Positions 1 through 12,160 of a DNA stretch of 64,000 nucleotides are shown in pieces (position 1 is the first letter of the stretch; each line of letters begins with the position of its first letter). The notes below the pieces were generated by a model that worked only from the letters and a program-made list of their open reading frames with translations, did not search any database and was not told the DNA's origin. This DNA is from Podarcis vaucheri (lineage: Eukaryota). The stretch is taken from the NCBI GenBank assembly GCA_965113315.1, contig OZ220370.1. One strand, 5' to 3'. A program made the translations under genes and the position numbers.

Positions 1-739
1 GGGCTGAACGATGGTGGTGGAGATGCTCCTTCAGATGATGATAACAGCATGCAGGTTGGTTCATATGGGGAAAGGTAGTCCTAGAGGTGACTATGTTTTG
101 TATTTAAATATTTTCTTCCACTTTGGATCATAAAAGCCTGGAAGTCCATGCATAGGACCATGTGCCTGCACATGAACATGAATACATAGATAACAGGAAC
201 TACAAATATATGGAAAGCTAATGAAACGCAGGCAACAAGGTGCACTTACACATTTTCCAAAGCTGTTACATGTGAACTTAGACTAAGTAGGTTACATTTA
301 ATTACCATAGAAACCATTTGGGATAGTTAGTCAGGACTTAATGCCCATTGATGTTAATGGAAGGTAAGTTCAAATAACTGTCCTTTTTTCCTCTTTTGCT
401 CCACTCTTGACAGAAAGGTCTCGGAATGAAAATAAAAACAATGCAACATTTCAAACCTGTACTTAGAGCAATTGTCTACGCCCATTGTCAAGACATTTTG
501 GGATGTAAAACATGTCTTACTAGCTCTCCTTGGTGTTTCTGTTCATTAAATAAGACAAAGAACACAGCATGAATTGCTTGGGATAATCAGTAACATAGAC
601 TTTAAGGACATCAATCTGCAGTGCTCTAGGAGAGCAGACTGTGCCCACAAATGAGTTTTAGAGGAAATCTTTTCAGTCTGTCAATGGGAGCTGCTTCATA
701 TTGTCTTTATGGAAGGTCACATTGCTGGTCAGCCTCCCT

Positions 740-960
740 CTGTGCTGAAGAAATACCTCTACAGATCCTCTGAACAGTCCTCGCATGATATATCAGGCCC
801 TAGTGTGAGGGGTCAGGGCATTTACAAGATCTCCTGTGGTTTCAGAAAGGTGACCAGAATACAGATTCTTGGCCCTCTGGGCTGAAAAAAGAAAGGCACT
901 GATTCTGAGGAGAATACAAACCAGAAAGCATATCTAATTGATTGAGAGGGCTTTGACTGC
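740..960 (+). mobile_element. Possible highly decayed Penelope-like element fragment (GIY-YIG endonuclease start)
   Basis: An in-frame stretch reads ...GQGIYKISCGFRKV (GIY codons start at 817), resembling the Penelope endonuclease motif GVYxIPC.CGKV. GAAAGGCAC (ERH) follows downstream. The match is short and could be chance. Confidence 0.25.
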
Positions 961-1529
961 TCTGTGTAAACAGTGTTTTCCACAATGTAGATCTTTTACT
1001 AATTAAGCATCTTGAGGAATGAGTTAATCAACAAACAAGTGCCAAGAGCCATCAATGTTCAACAATCAATAAAAGCTGCAGATACCAAAAACCACAGAGA
1101 AGTCTGAGATGGGTGAACTTTGGGTTCAGATTGTCAAAATAAAGGATCTAAAGCTGGCTTCCAAAGTCCACATTTAGCTGCAAAAATTAATGGCCTGGTT
1201 TTTCTAAAGCATCTTACATCGTGAAACTATTGCCTGAGAACTACTGGGTGCTAAATGTATGAAACATGAGATTGCTTGCCAAGTGCCTAAGTTAGGAATT
1301 CTAAGACTGTGGCTAGGGAACATTGGATGTTCAGTCAGAATCAACAACACTGGGAGCTGAAGACCATCCTCTTAGCTGAATATTTTTAAGGGTGCGTTTG
1401 GAGTATGACCCCCCCCATTGTACATTAATATTTGCAGTCTTGTGTATGGTGGATTCAAATGCATGATGGATTCAAATCTTTACTGTGAAGAAGATTTTGA
1501 TACCAATTATTAAATAGATTTTCTATTCC

Positions 1530-1716
1530 ATAATTTATTCAAGGAGTTCAGTATAGAGTATGTAGTTCTCCCTTCTCCCATTTTATCCTCACAATAACCC
1601 ATGAGTTAGATTAGGCAGAGAGAGTGACTGGTCCATGGCCAACCAGTGAGCTTCAAGGCAGAGTGGGGAATGGAACCTCCAGCCCAACTGTCTACTCATT
1701 ATACTACACTGGCTCT
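1530..1716 (-). mobile_element. Diverged tRNA-derived CORE-type SINE (Squam3/MIR-like)
   Basis: The reverse complement begins AGAGCCAGTGTAGTATAATG, as does the young copy at 19638, and contains the CORE-like ...GGGTTATTGTGAGGATAAAATGGG segment. Confidence 0.7.
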
Positions 1717-1814
1717 TATTTCTGATTATCCTGGCAGATAGTCCAAATCGACATGTATTGCACTGCTTGGTGACTACTTGCAATCTAAATCACCCTAAAC
1801 CATGTATCTGTAAA

Positions 1815-1974
1815 ATCTAGTGCAGTATTGTCTACTTTGACTGGTAGTGACTCTCCATGGTTTCAGGCAGGATTCCACCCCCCCAGCCCTACCTGGAGAT
1901 GCTGCCAGGGATTGAGACTTGGGACCTTCTGCATGCAAAGCCAATGTTCTGCCACTGGGCTATGGCCCTTCCCT
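1815..1974 (-). mobile_element. tRNA(Cys)-derived SINE (Squam2-like)
   Basis: The reverse complement GGGCCATAGCCCAGTGGCAGAACATTGGCTTTGCATGCAGAAGGTCCC has a tRNA head with a GCA anticodon region, followed by CTGAAACC...GTAGACAATACTG shared with the copies at 54684 and 61003. Confidence 0.8.
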
Positions 1975-3840
1975 CAAGCTTTTGCTCAAATGCTGGAAGG
2001 TACAGCAAACTCAGGGAAAACAGCAGCCCTTAAAGCAGGCTGGTTTGAAGCTTCACAAGGCATTGCATCTTAAAGAGATGAGAAGGCAAGGCTATCAGGA
2101 ACATAGGAAGAGTGACACACGATGACTTGGTACTACAATGGTTCTTCCAACACAGTGCAGCCACCAACATAACCTTCAGTTCAGACTGCATGGGCTGTAT
2201 GCATACAACTGTCCAGATGCCTAGTGCAGATTGCCTGAGTCTACATCAGCAACATGTCTGATGTGTAAACAACCTAGTATGGAGTAAAAATGCAGCCTCA
2301 GCTCTAGCTAGTTAAAAAATCAGCATCCTCTTTCCTTTTTTTCAAATTTCCATTTATAGCTTTATAATGAACTCTGAGGTTTGAACAATGTGCTTTAACT
2401 GCAACTTGAATCTTGATTAATAACGTATTTCCTTGTCATGAAGAAATTCTCAGTGTTGATAAATTGGCTCAAATAATTTGTTTCCTTAACAGGGCTGATG
2501 TTGATGAGTTCACAATACTTTTCCTTATTTTATTTATTTATTTATTCAGTTTTAAAGAACACTTACAGGGAAGCAGCTTTATAAATTGCACACCAGTAAA
2601 TATAACCATCTAAGTCTGGCACATCATCAAGAGCCTATATTTTTAACTTCTTTTGGTAACATCAACAAAGAGCGAGACTGCAGCAGCCGGATGTTTTGTA
2701 ACTCTGCTGTACTACCTAATAGTGTTGATGCAGATTTTATGCCACTTAGCTTTGCAGGTGTCAAGAGCATACCACTAATTGGACACTGGACAACAATTGG
2801 GAATGGTCTGTTTTTTATACGGTGAACAGTCACTGACAGATTTTATGTTTAGGTCATTGAAATGCACTAACATCAGCAACAAAGGACAACAGAATTGAAG
2901 GGTCTCCTTGGATTCCTCCAAACAACCTGCTTATTGAGCCCTCACCCTGATCTGCTTACACAAAACTTGTATGGAGGTTAGCCCATGCCTCGTCTTTCTT
3001 GAACATTTGTTCCAATTTGTTTGTGGGGATGGCCTAACCTGGTGCCTGGACAATGAGAATTCATCCTGATTTGCTTGTGTGGTGGTTATACATCTTCCTG
3101 TTAATAATTTGTTCATTTCATACTTCTCAGCGCATTTCTCCTACGCTTTTTTCCATTTTGGAAAATAGTGAATTTGTTGCACCACGGCAGCAGAGCACAT
3201 TAATTCATTTCAACTGCCAAACCTATCTTTCCTGTATGTGCCTGAATCCCTCCAGAAAAATACTGACAGTCCGGAGGTGACCTATTGGTCTTTGTAGAAT
3301 CTTATCAGGAGTAGATAAGAGGCTGGATCAAACTGACTATTGTACTATAAAGCATGCTGCTGCTTTTTCTTGTGGTCTGGTACATGAAGGATATCCAGTG
3401 TCATACTTCCATGAGGCCTGCACTGTGGATTCTTTTTCCTGTTTAAATTATTTACTCAGGTGTGAGTATGCGTAAGAGAGCAGCGGGCATAGGGTGCACT
3501 AATTCCTCCCTTTGTATTAAACATAACCTAGAACCGTGACTTTGAATGATTTGTTTTGTTTAAAAATTGCTTATTTCAATTGTCAATACTGGGCAATATC
3601 ATCTCAGCAAATTTAATTTACATTCGCAGAGTATAAAATCTGTGATTGGAAAACAGAACCAAATGTCCCTTAATTATGTCAGACACTATGTTAATGAGTT
3701 CACTTTCCTAAAAGCATCATTACTTTCTGGCAGCAAGGGGGCCAGAAAGTAAAGCGCATTTTATACTAAAGAAAACAACCTAGATACTCTGTCAGTCTCC
3801 AAAGTGACAGCAGATAAATGTTGAGAAGAGAAATCAGATT

Positions 3841-4530
3841 TGTGAACAGACCCAGAAATAAAGAGGCAAGACACAAGTGATGGGTTGAATTAGAGCCACA
3901 GTTTATTTATAGTATCTGCAAATGAGAAGAGTAGGAACCTAACAATTTCAACCTTGGGTGAGCCAAACCCTGCCCATTCCAAGAGGCAAAAAGCCTGGGC
4001 CCTACCTTATGGCGAGTAGGGAAGCCTACCTGCCCCAACCAATCCTGGACCACTTTGGGCAGGTGCAGCAGCTGAGCCTCAGGAACATTTCACATCCAGG
4101 CTATGGGCATCACAACCCTGAACAGTTGACCTCTGGAAACACCGTTCGCTTTCAAAAGTGCCTAAGGACGCTCACCTGTTACCTGATCTCCACCTTCATC
4201 TTTCTTGCACCTTCGTGCCAACAATGTGACATATTTAACCATGCAACCAAATCAATCCATTTTGCAGCACTGACTACTAAACACCAATATTTCCCAAATT
4301 CAGTACAGAGCAGGTGAATAAAAGTACGTCAGGGCAGGCAAAAAAATTCCTATTCAACCCTGACATGGCTGGTGATCCTATAGGGAAACAGAGGGCTGGC
4401 AGGAAGGGTGTGAAAATAAACCAAGGCACATAAAGTCTGTGACCATACCAAGTTGTGCTCACTGCATCCTGGGTCCACCACAGCGAGGTTCCCAAATGCA
4501 TCATGGCTGGTGTGAGCAGACATAAAGGAT
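3841..4530 (-). mobile_element. Degenerate solo LTR (same group as 41943-42499)
   Basis: The reverse strand ends TTCTGGGTCTGTTCACA (cf. TTCTGGGTCTGAACACGCA ending at 42499). It has AATAAACTGTGGC (poly(A) signal at 3902-3907) and TCACCAGCCATGTCAGGGTTGAATAGGAATTTTTTT, homologous to 42198-42234. The high-coordinate boundary is approximate. Confidence 0.6.
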
Positions 4531-4759
4531 TAGGTTAGAATCATCACATTTTAACTCGTGCAAATGACCACATTATCATTAGTACAAAGCACCTTGTCCC
4601 TGCCACTTTACTCCCACGATGTAAATGAAATGTCTTTCTATATATATCTCTTATTATACACACCAAAAGGCAAATGGTTTGGAGCCATTGCTTGCTCTCC
4701 CCCTCTTTTTCACGATTTTACATTCTACAATGTAATGACTAATTGGCTGAGTTTCCCAA

Positions 4760-5335
4760 GCTATTTTATGTTTCTCTTGCTCTGGTTACAAGTCGTACTA
4801 AACCAGCGTCTCCACAGGGACCTATAGACGGCCAACAATTCCAAACGCTATATAGCATTCCCCTTTGCTTCTAATGCGTAAAACATTTACGAGTAATTTT
4901 GCAAATGCATTAAGAAGGACCACCTCCCCAGGAGCCCCCCCCGTCTTCTGTCGGGCACTAACCCCTCACCTCTCACACACTGCCGGCGACCCAGTCCTTC
5001 CTGCCTGCTCCTCTCCCTGCCGGCCCCCCCCCCCCGCGCGCTCCTTCACCAGTTAGCAGCACAACTTTCTGTTTGTGCCAGTGGGGCGGCCTGGCGAGAC
5101 CACAATTGCTCTACTCCACAGATTGACGAGCCCTCAGATGCCGATTTACTGTACATGGCAGCCACTCTGGAGCCGAGGCACATCTGGAGTGGAGTAAGCT
5201 TACCGAGAAACAGGGGCCAGCTTTAACTGGAGCCAGTGGAACTGAGAGCAGCCGATGAAAGGCAGCTTTCCCGCCTTCCCCTTCCCCGCAGTCCCTGGGT
5301 AGATTTCCTAATGTAAACAGAGTCGATGGGGGGAA
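4760..5335. promoter_or_regulatory. CpG-retaining GC-rich island
   Basis: Local excess of CpG against a CpG-poor background, with a C-run and CGCGCG at about 5020-5041 and GGGGCGG at about 5083. Confidence 0.5.
5204..5307 (-). ncRNA. Candidate exon of a minus-strand spliced transcript
   Basis: Acceptor ...GTGTTCTTCCCCCCATCGACTCTGTTTACATTAG| and donor TCG|GTAAGC; 104 nt. Confidence 0.4.
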
Positions 5336-5468
5336 GAACACAGTAACTCTTTGCAGAATGTTTGTTGTTTAATGTGCTTTATCTACTTGAGGTCAAAATA
5401 GTGCCTTAGAAAAACAGAAGCTTTGCTTTTCATCTAAATAGCTAAAAGCCTGCGTATTACTATAGTGG

Positions 5469-5470
5469 TT

Positions 5471-5518
<48 letters not shown>

Positions 5519-5553
5519 TCCTTCCTTCCTTCCTTCCTTCCTTCCTTCCTTCC
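5469..5553 (+). repeat. Compound microsatellite (TTTC)n-(CCTT)n
   Basis: Directly visible tandem array; an 85-bp pure pyrimidine tract. Confidence 0.98.
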
Positions 5554-6560
5554 AAGAGGTTAGAGTGGGAAAAAGTGGCACTTTGGTGTTTATTTGTTCC
5601 TTTTTTATTATCATTTAGGGGCATAATTTCATTATCCCGAACCAAATGAAAAACAAACGATTTGTCTCTGCTAAAGTTCTCAGTTCCTCTTTTTAATGTA
5701 TAGGAAGATGCTTTAATCCACAAGAAGGGTACATATCTGTTTATTGTATGTACCATTTAAACAGTAAAAATCTAAAAGAACAAAAAGATCCGCCAAACTC
5801 ATCTGTTCTGATTTTTAAAAAATAAATCCCTCCAACCCGCCATTTATATTATCTGAAAACAGAATAAAAAGATTATAGATGGAAGCTTTGTTTTACTGAA
5901 CGGCAAATAACTTGTGCATCCTGGTGCCAACTGGAACTCGGGGGATTCTTAATTTCTTTTCTACATCCAGAGGATATGGTTGTTTTAATCTGGATGGACC
6001 GATTTCCTAACTGAATCTTTGAGTTATTTATTTGCTAACAATATATGAGGTTTTTAATAGCAGAATGAGAAGTTTGCATGGAATGAGAAGCTGACATCTT
6101 ATTTCATAGTTAATTAAAGGGGAAGGCATATAAATGAAACAGAGGAGCTGTGGGTAGAAGGGAGAAATTGTGATAGGGGTTTCATATTACACTTCATAAT
6201 CACTAAAATGAAATGGGTTGAATTTTTAAAACACTCAGCGGGCCTTTCAATTTTAATCCTACCATATTAAAGATAATGATACAACATAAGTTTAGTCGGA
6301 ACATGATTAGCCTGGTGTTGAGAGCTGGAGGATATAGCATATTGACTGCAGTATGGAGCCCCACACAACAAATCTGAGACTCACACAGCCATTCAGAAAT
6401 CTTGTTTTTCCAATGTACCTGTTTCCTTTGCTCGCCTTTCAAATCCCATCTAAGGTTTCTCAAATGCAAAAGGGTGTATTAAAAGTGTTATTTGGACCAC
6501 AACTTGCTAAAGGTTTCTGAGCATTGCTGCCTGTCTCTGGTGAAATGTCATTTTAAATCA

Positions 6561-6650
6561 GCAATCCTGTCTATACCCACTTACCAAGAAGTAGGCCTCA
6601 GTGAATTCACTGGGGCTTTTTCTGAGTAGACGCGAACAGGATTCTGCTGT
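6561..6650. repeat. Short palindromic interspersed repeat (GCAATCCT...AGGATT family)
   Basis: Imperfect hairpin. Related copies share ...TTCTGAGTAGACA...AGGATT at about 10210-10253 and 19987-20053, and more loosely at 25873-25965. Confidence 0.55.
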
Positions 6651-9172
6651 TAGTTTGCACACTGCTTTTTATGTACTCAGCATCTCTTAATAGGTAAACT
6701 AAAAAAAGAGGAAGGGTTTGCATAAACAGAACTCTATAGAAATTTTGTCTTTAAAAATAATGAATATAAACAAAATAATTGAACCCCCTTTGAAAAGGGA
6801 ATGCTTAAATAAAAGAAGACACTTCTAATTAATTTTTAATTAAATGATTTAATTTAATTGTATTAAATTAACAGTGATTCATTTATGTTGAACGGTGTCT
6901 CAGTATTGTGACAGGAGCCTCTGCACACAATCTCCCATTTCATATTGGATGCCTGGAAGGAGGAGATCAGCAACTCGGTTGTCTCGCTTCATGGAGTACA
7001 AGAGAGTTCCTGCTGCCCCATTCCTTCTAGGAACCTCTTCCCTAGTGGGTAGATGAGAACTTATCACAGAGGCCCTTGCACCATTGCAGGGGGTCTAAGA
7101 GACAAGGCTCATTGGGAGGGGAATTCTGAGGCCTTCAAGCAGCAACTGTCTCAGGATTCTTGGAATGAGTGTTGCTATTCCACCTCTTCCAGCTCTTAAA
7201 CTGGGAGGTGGACATTTATTGCAGAGCTGCCCTACAGATAACCACTTGTGACTTGGTGGGAGGACCATCTCGCAGTAAGTGGAGCAGTAGTTAGACTCTT
7301 GCACTTAGAAGAGCTGGTGGGGCTAAGAGGGATGTGAGAAAAATGTTGTTTTGTCCTCATCAAGAAAAGCACACTTGTTCCAGAGGGTCCTGCAATGCTG
7401 CATGGAGGACACTGATGTGTAAAATGCTGAGTGTGGGTGTCTGAAGAGGAACCTCTACATGCGACCAGGACCCTGCTTGTTCAGGCATATTGATGGTGAG
7501 GAGCAGCGAAGTCTCCTCTTCAGAGGTCCATGATCACCACAAGGATGTCAGGGGGCAGGGCTAAAGTGGTCATATGATGGCAAGGGCAGGGCCAGCAGCA
7601 CAGCCTTGCTCCTTGGTCTACACATGAGTGCCTCCTACATGAAAAAGATGTGAATAAGACTTGTATATATGAATTAATATGATGGGTGTGTGGCCTTTCA
7701 GCCCACATGGTTTAAGCACCTCTGTCTCTGAGGTACCTTCTCTTTTCAACAGCTGAAGACTTGTTCAGTCTGTGAGCACTTGTTCTAGCTCTTCTGGTCT
7801 TTGCATTTGTATTGTTCGTTGAATCTCGCTCGATGCTCCACAACGTAACCGTTTTATTGAACAGAACAATATACAGCACCCTAGCAGCATATTAGAAAAG
7901 CATTGCTGGTGCCCCGTTTCTCCAAGGGCCAAACCAGAAGTGGCAACATTTACACAGTCATCTATTGTGTGATTTTTTTAAAGGAAGTAGCACCTGTGGG
8001 GCCGCTTAATTCAGGCTGGGACCCGACCAGGAAGGGAGCTTTAACCACCTGCATTAGGTCCCTGGGCTTCCTATTTGCCTTGTGACAAAAGGGTTAATGG
8101 GTGCTACCAGTGTCCCCTGCACCTGTTATTTACTCTAAGAAAATAATGGTGTCCCATCTAGTCTGGCCCCTAGTTGGATGGAGGGTGGCTAGGTTTTTCT
8201 TAAAGGAGCTGTATGCAGTTAATTCACTATCCCTAGATACGAAACATAGGGCACTAACACAAATATTCTTATGAACCTGAAAAGGCTGCATATAGATCTG
8301 TGCCTGTATGCCCACTGAATAAACAGTACACAGCAGCACAGACAGCTTTGACAGTACCAAACACCTTTTTGTGTGTTGAGTTTGGATTTAAACTACCCCA
8401 AATGGGATTGGTTCTGTCAAAGCCAACAATGCCAAAAAAAAAATAAAAGAATGCTTCGGTAAAATATTCACCCCTGCCAGATATCTACCTTCTACTGCAT
8501 ACAGAGCCAAAAAGAAAGAAGAAAAGCTGAGCAGCAAGAAGATGAATGAGAAAAATGCTACAGATAAAAGCACAGATAATTAGGAAATATGTTAGATTTC
8601 CTGTTAGACTCTGTAAGATTATTTAGAGCTAATCTGTGTATGTACCATTCAAACCAGCTGTTCATATGACAAGATGCTTTGAATGGATCATAGGATGAGA
8701 TAATTACCTTAAAGGACAAAAGTGATATACTGTATTTGCTTAAAAAACGGATTAGATAAGCATCTAAGCCTAATGATTTATCAGAACACATTCCTCTCTG
8801 GAAGTATCTTTAAAATTGTCACCAGTACTTTCCAGCCAATATGCTTTTCTAAGCAGAATGGTATCTCTGAAGCAACAAAAAAAAAGTAATTATTTGACTC
8901 CTAATTTACATGTGGGATTACTTGAAGATTTACACAACTGAAACAACATAGTATGGATTGATTTACAGATGTAATTTTCTTTTCCTTTTTTTTCTTGATA
9001 GGTTTTCTACTTTAGCCCACACAATCTTGGGGGTCTGAATTTAGAGTAAGAATGCATTTTCCTCATAAATTGCAGACTATTTATTTCTGTGCAGTTAGAT
9101 TAATAACATATATCCAAACTTAAACAGTAGGTTTATGCAAAACCACACTTTAGTCACAAATACTTGCCTTAC

Positions 9173-9303
9173 CTGATTTTCCCTTCTCCAAATGGATTAT
9201 ACTTGCAGAAAATCTGGAAAAAAGCCATTTGCAGACCCCTTTCCTTGAATAGGTATGCAACTCGAAATATAATGCATGTAACATAAAATACCAAACAGGA
9301 AAA
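9173..9303 (-). ncRNA. Candidate internal exon (131 nt) of a minus-strand transcript
   Basis: Strong acceptor CCTGTCTTCTCTACTATTCTTGTCTTACAG| and near-consensus donor CAG|GTAAGG. One frame is open (FSCLVFYVTCIIFRVAYLFKERGLQMAFFQIFCKYNPFGEGKI) but matches no protein I recognise. Confidence 0.5.
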
Positions 9304-9760
9304 CTGTAAGACAAGAATAGTAGAGAAGACAGGCAATAGTGATTATTCCATAAAGACTTATATTAATAGAAGAGCAGGACTTCTGAAAAGGTTGTGTCAG
9401 CCGTTCAAGAACAGATATATAATTCCTCTTCCAGACACATGATATGGAAGTACTATGACATCGCAGACACCATGGAGCCATTGATTTGGAAACATATGAA
9501 ACTACTATCAGAATTTGGTTTAAGACCTCCAGTCAGCTAAATGTTTAAACATGGGTTTCAGAGTGTACAAAAATGGGAAGCATTTGCATAAATTTTGTGG
9601 CTTACAGCCATGCAAATTGACTTTGCTGAAGGTAAGTCTCCAATACTGAAATGAGCCAATTTATTTTGGATTGAAAAACCTTATTTAGTTGCATGGTACA
9701 GGTGTTTATAAACTTTATAAACATAGTTATTCTTTGGAAGAGATTCTGTACCATAAAGGT

Positions 9761-9980
9761 ACACGTTCCTTTTTAACCAGGCCTTTGGTTGATTTGATTG
9801 ATATCCTGTGTCCTTTCAAAATGTGTTTTTTGTAGGGAGGGGGTGTCATTGGGTTGTTGCTTTTATTTTGATTATGTATTTTGTAGTTTTACGTTTTGAT
9901 TTTATTCTGTGAGCCGCCCTGAGTCCTGCAGGTATAGGGCGGTATATAAATTCAACCAACCAACCAATAAATAAATAAAT
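9761..9980 (+). mobile_element. L2-type LINE 3' end
   Basis: T-rich 3' UTR ending TGTGAGCCGCCCTGAG...GGGCGGTATATAAAT, with a terminal stem-loop and a (CCAA)/(TAAA)n tail. Confidence 0.75.
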
Positions 9981-11235
9981 CACACCAGAATTGTGATGAA
10001 ATAGTTGTGTGAAAGTGTGCAGATATATTATAACTGCTCTGCATACAAATTCAGGTGCTTGAGAAGATTAAGAAAATGTGAAGATGGGCATATTTGAAGG
10101 ACAAATGCATCCTATAAAAACTTGAAACAAATAATTTCTGCTTTAGAAAAAAACCTACATGTTCACTAGCCCAGTTATGACCACCTGAGATTTTTGATGC
10201 AGCTATCAGCAGTGGTGCTTACTTCTGAGTAGACATTCATAGGATTGAGCTGTAAGCCTCCATAACTATCATTGTTGGGGTTTTTTGTTTTTTTGTTTTT
10301 GCCTGTTTAGCAGCAGAGTACCGTAATTGAATTACAACTTGTCAACTGTAAACAGTATTTCGAAACAAAACAAAACAGACAGGGTAATATTTCTCCAACC
10401 AAAATATGTACTTATTGCATAAATTTTCAGACTATAATTCCGTTCCAAATATAAATATCCTAAAATAAACCACGGTACATTTTAGAATAAGCACAAACTA
10501 AAACAAAGAAATTGAGAGAACCACTAGAAGAAGAACAAAAACATAGGGAAAGGAAACCACAAAAATGGGGGGGGGGAGAGAATTGGAATTGCAGGCATTA
10601 AGTAATATGCTGAGTAAGCAAAGAATGCTGTAAAGTACAACTAGGTGAGGAGAACGGAAGAAAAATACCACAAGTTTACTGTTGAATCAGAAAGTAATAA
10701 ATCCCTTTAGCTGAGGCAGATTCTGTTTCCTTATTCCAGTGGATTCAGATGTGGAATTGTAAAGTGTGGTGTTATGATGCAACAGGAGTTTGATTTCTGG
10801 AAATACTGTAACTAGAGGTGGTGAGGTTGGAACTCTTATCACTATATAAGGAAAGATCATCTGGATGAAAACCTCAGACACATTTGACCAGCGGCTGAAA
10901 TGTGGACATTTTCTATGTTGTTGCGGTCAAAACCCATACATTTCAAATCCTCAGCTTAATATGGCTCTCTTTTTTTACCATTTAGAGTTAAGATATCAGC
11001 CTCTTGCTACCACATTACTACAAAGAAAACCTAGCAGTGGCTGCTACTGAACTCTATAAATACTTGTAATATCTCCCCATTGATCTTGCTTGCAGAAATA
11101 GCTTTAATGGAACTCTATTAATACAGAGACTGATTTTAAATGAGAGTTTCTTTGATTTCAAGATGCCTCAGCCTTCTGCAGGTCTGCACCAAGACACCTA
11201 TCAACACAAGCTCTGCTATTCTGAGGAACACATAT

Positions 11236-11730
11236 TGTAGAGGGATATGAATAATAGGTTAAACAGGCCACAACTTTATTGAGGGAACATGAAATGCATG
11301 TATCAATTAAGACGAGGAGATGGTTCTTGCCCCTTCTGAAGAGTTGCCTAGGAGGACTAGCATGGATGGATGGCCAACTCACTGTCTCCCTTGCGTCACT
11401 GAGCAGAACTCTGAGCTTCACTGATGAGATGTAACCAGAGGCATAGCATGGGGGGCTTTCAATACTGTTGAGACTATATTGCATGGAACCCTCTACAGAA
11501 GATGCATACAAGGGGGCATGAAGATTGTCCCTCATAATAGTTTATTTGCACCTGGAAAACTCGAATCCCTGATATGGCACATTTGCTTGTTGTGGCCTTG
11601 CACAGAAGCACATGAAGCCAGAAAGAATCAGGCAGGATACTAACAAATAGACCCCCCAAGGGAATTGAAAAGGTCTAGACTTCAGTTTGCAGTGAAGCTC
11701 CTTGCCCCATGCATATATGGCTGATTTCTT
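11236..11730 (-). mobile_element. Degenerate solo LTR candidate
   Basis: The reverse strand has CAATAAAGTTGTGGCC (signal at 11275-11280), identical to 42401-42416, and ends ...CTACA followed by ATAT. The upstream boundary is uncertain. Confidence 0.45.
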
Positions 11731-12089
11731 CATTTTCTAGGTATCCCTTTGCTTCTTTTCAAAAGTAAAGTTTGGATTTCAGCAGCAGCAATGCTGTACT
11801 CTTGTCATTTTGTGAATGTTAAAATACCATAACTGTGGGAAATCAATTCAAGAATGCACAACACAACCAAATGCAAATAATTACAAAGAAGCATGTTTCT
11901 CTTTTTTGAGCGAAAGACTTTGCAGTACAGAACGTTGACATAGAATGAGTTTTGCTTTCTAGTCTGTATTCAAAGACCATGATAACAGTGAGAACCAAGC
12001 AACATGTAGCTCCAATCTGGTAGTCTGTGGCTGAAAAAAAAATCATAGGCTATTGCACTGCAAGATGCCCATGGAACACAGAGAGTAAT

Positions 12090-12160
12090 AATAATAGAAT
12101 TAGAGAATTGGAAGGGAACAAAAATGCCATTTAATTCAGCCTCCTGCAATGCAGGAATCA
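12090..12160 (-). mobile_element. CR1 LINE extreme 3' end
   Basis: The reverse complement GATTCCTGCATTGCAGGAGGCTGAATTAAATGG...TCCCTTCCAATTCTCTAATTCTAT matches a CR1 terminus. Confidence 0.65.

Noticed and set aside
1-80. Possible exon at the window edge (+ strand GLNDGGGDAPSDDDNSMQ|GT, or a - strand exon starting at 80)
   Set aside because: Too short, strand ambiguous, weak splice signals, and no recognisable protein.
2586-3116. Short ORFs and weak minus-strand splice sites
   Set aside because: No recognisable homology and poor polypyrimidine tracts.
5393-5756. K/E/R-rich ORFs
   Set aside because: These are translations of the (TTTC)n/(CCTT)n microsatellite.
7080-7720. GC-elevated stretch suggestive of an ancient retroelement
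   Set aside because: I could not recover a diagnostic motif or boundaries.
8495-8583. Lysine-rich stretch resembling a terminal exon
   Set aside because: Explained by A-rich composition; no upstream coding exon can be linked with confidence.
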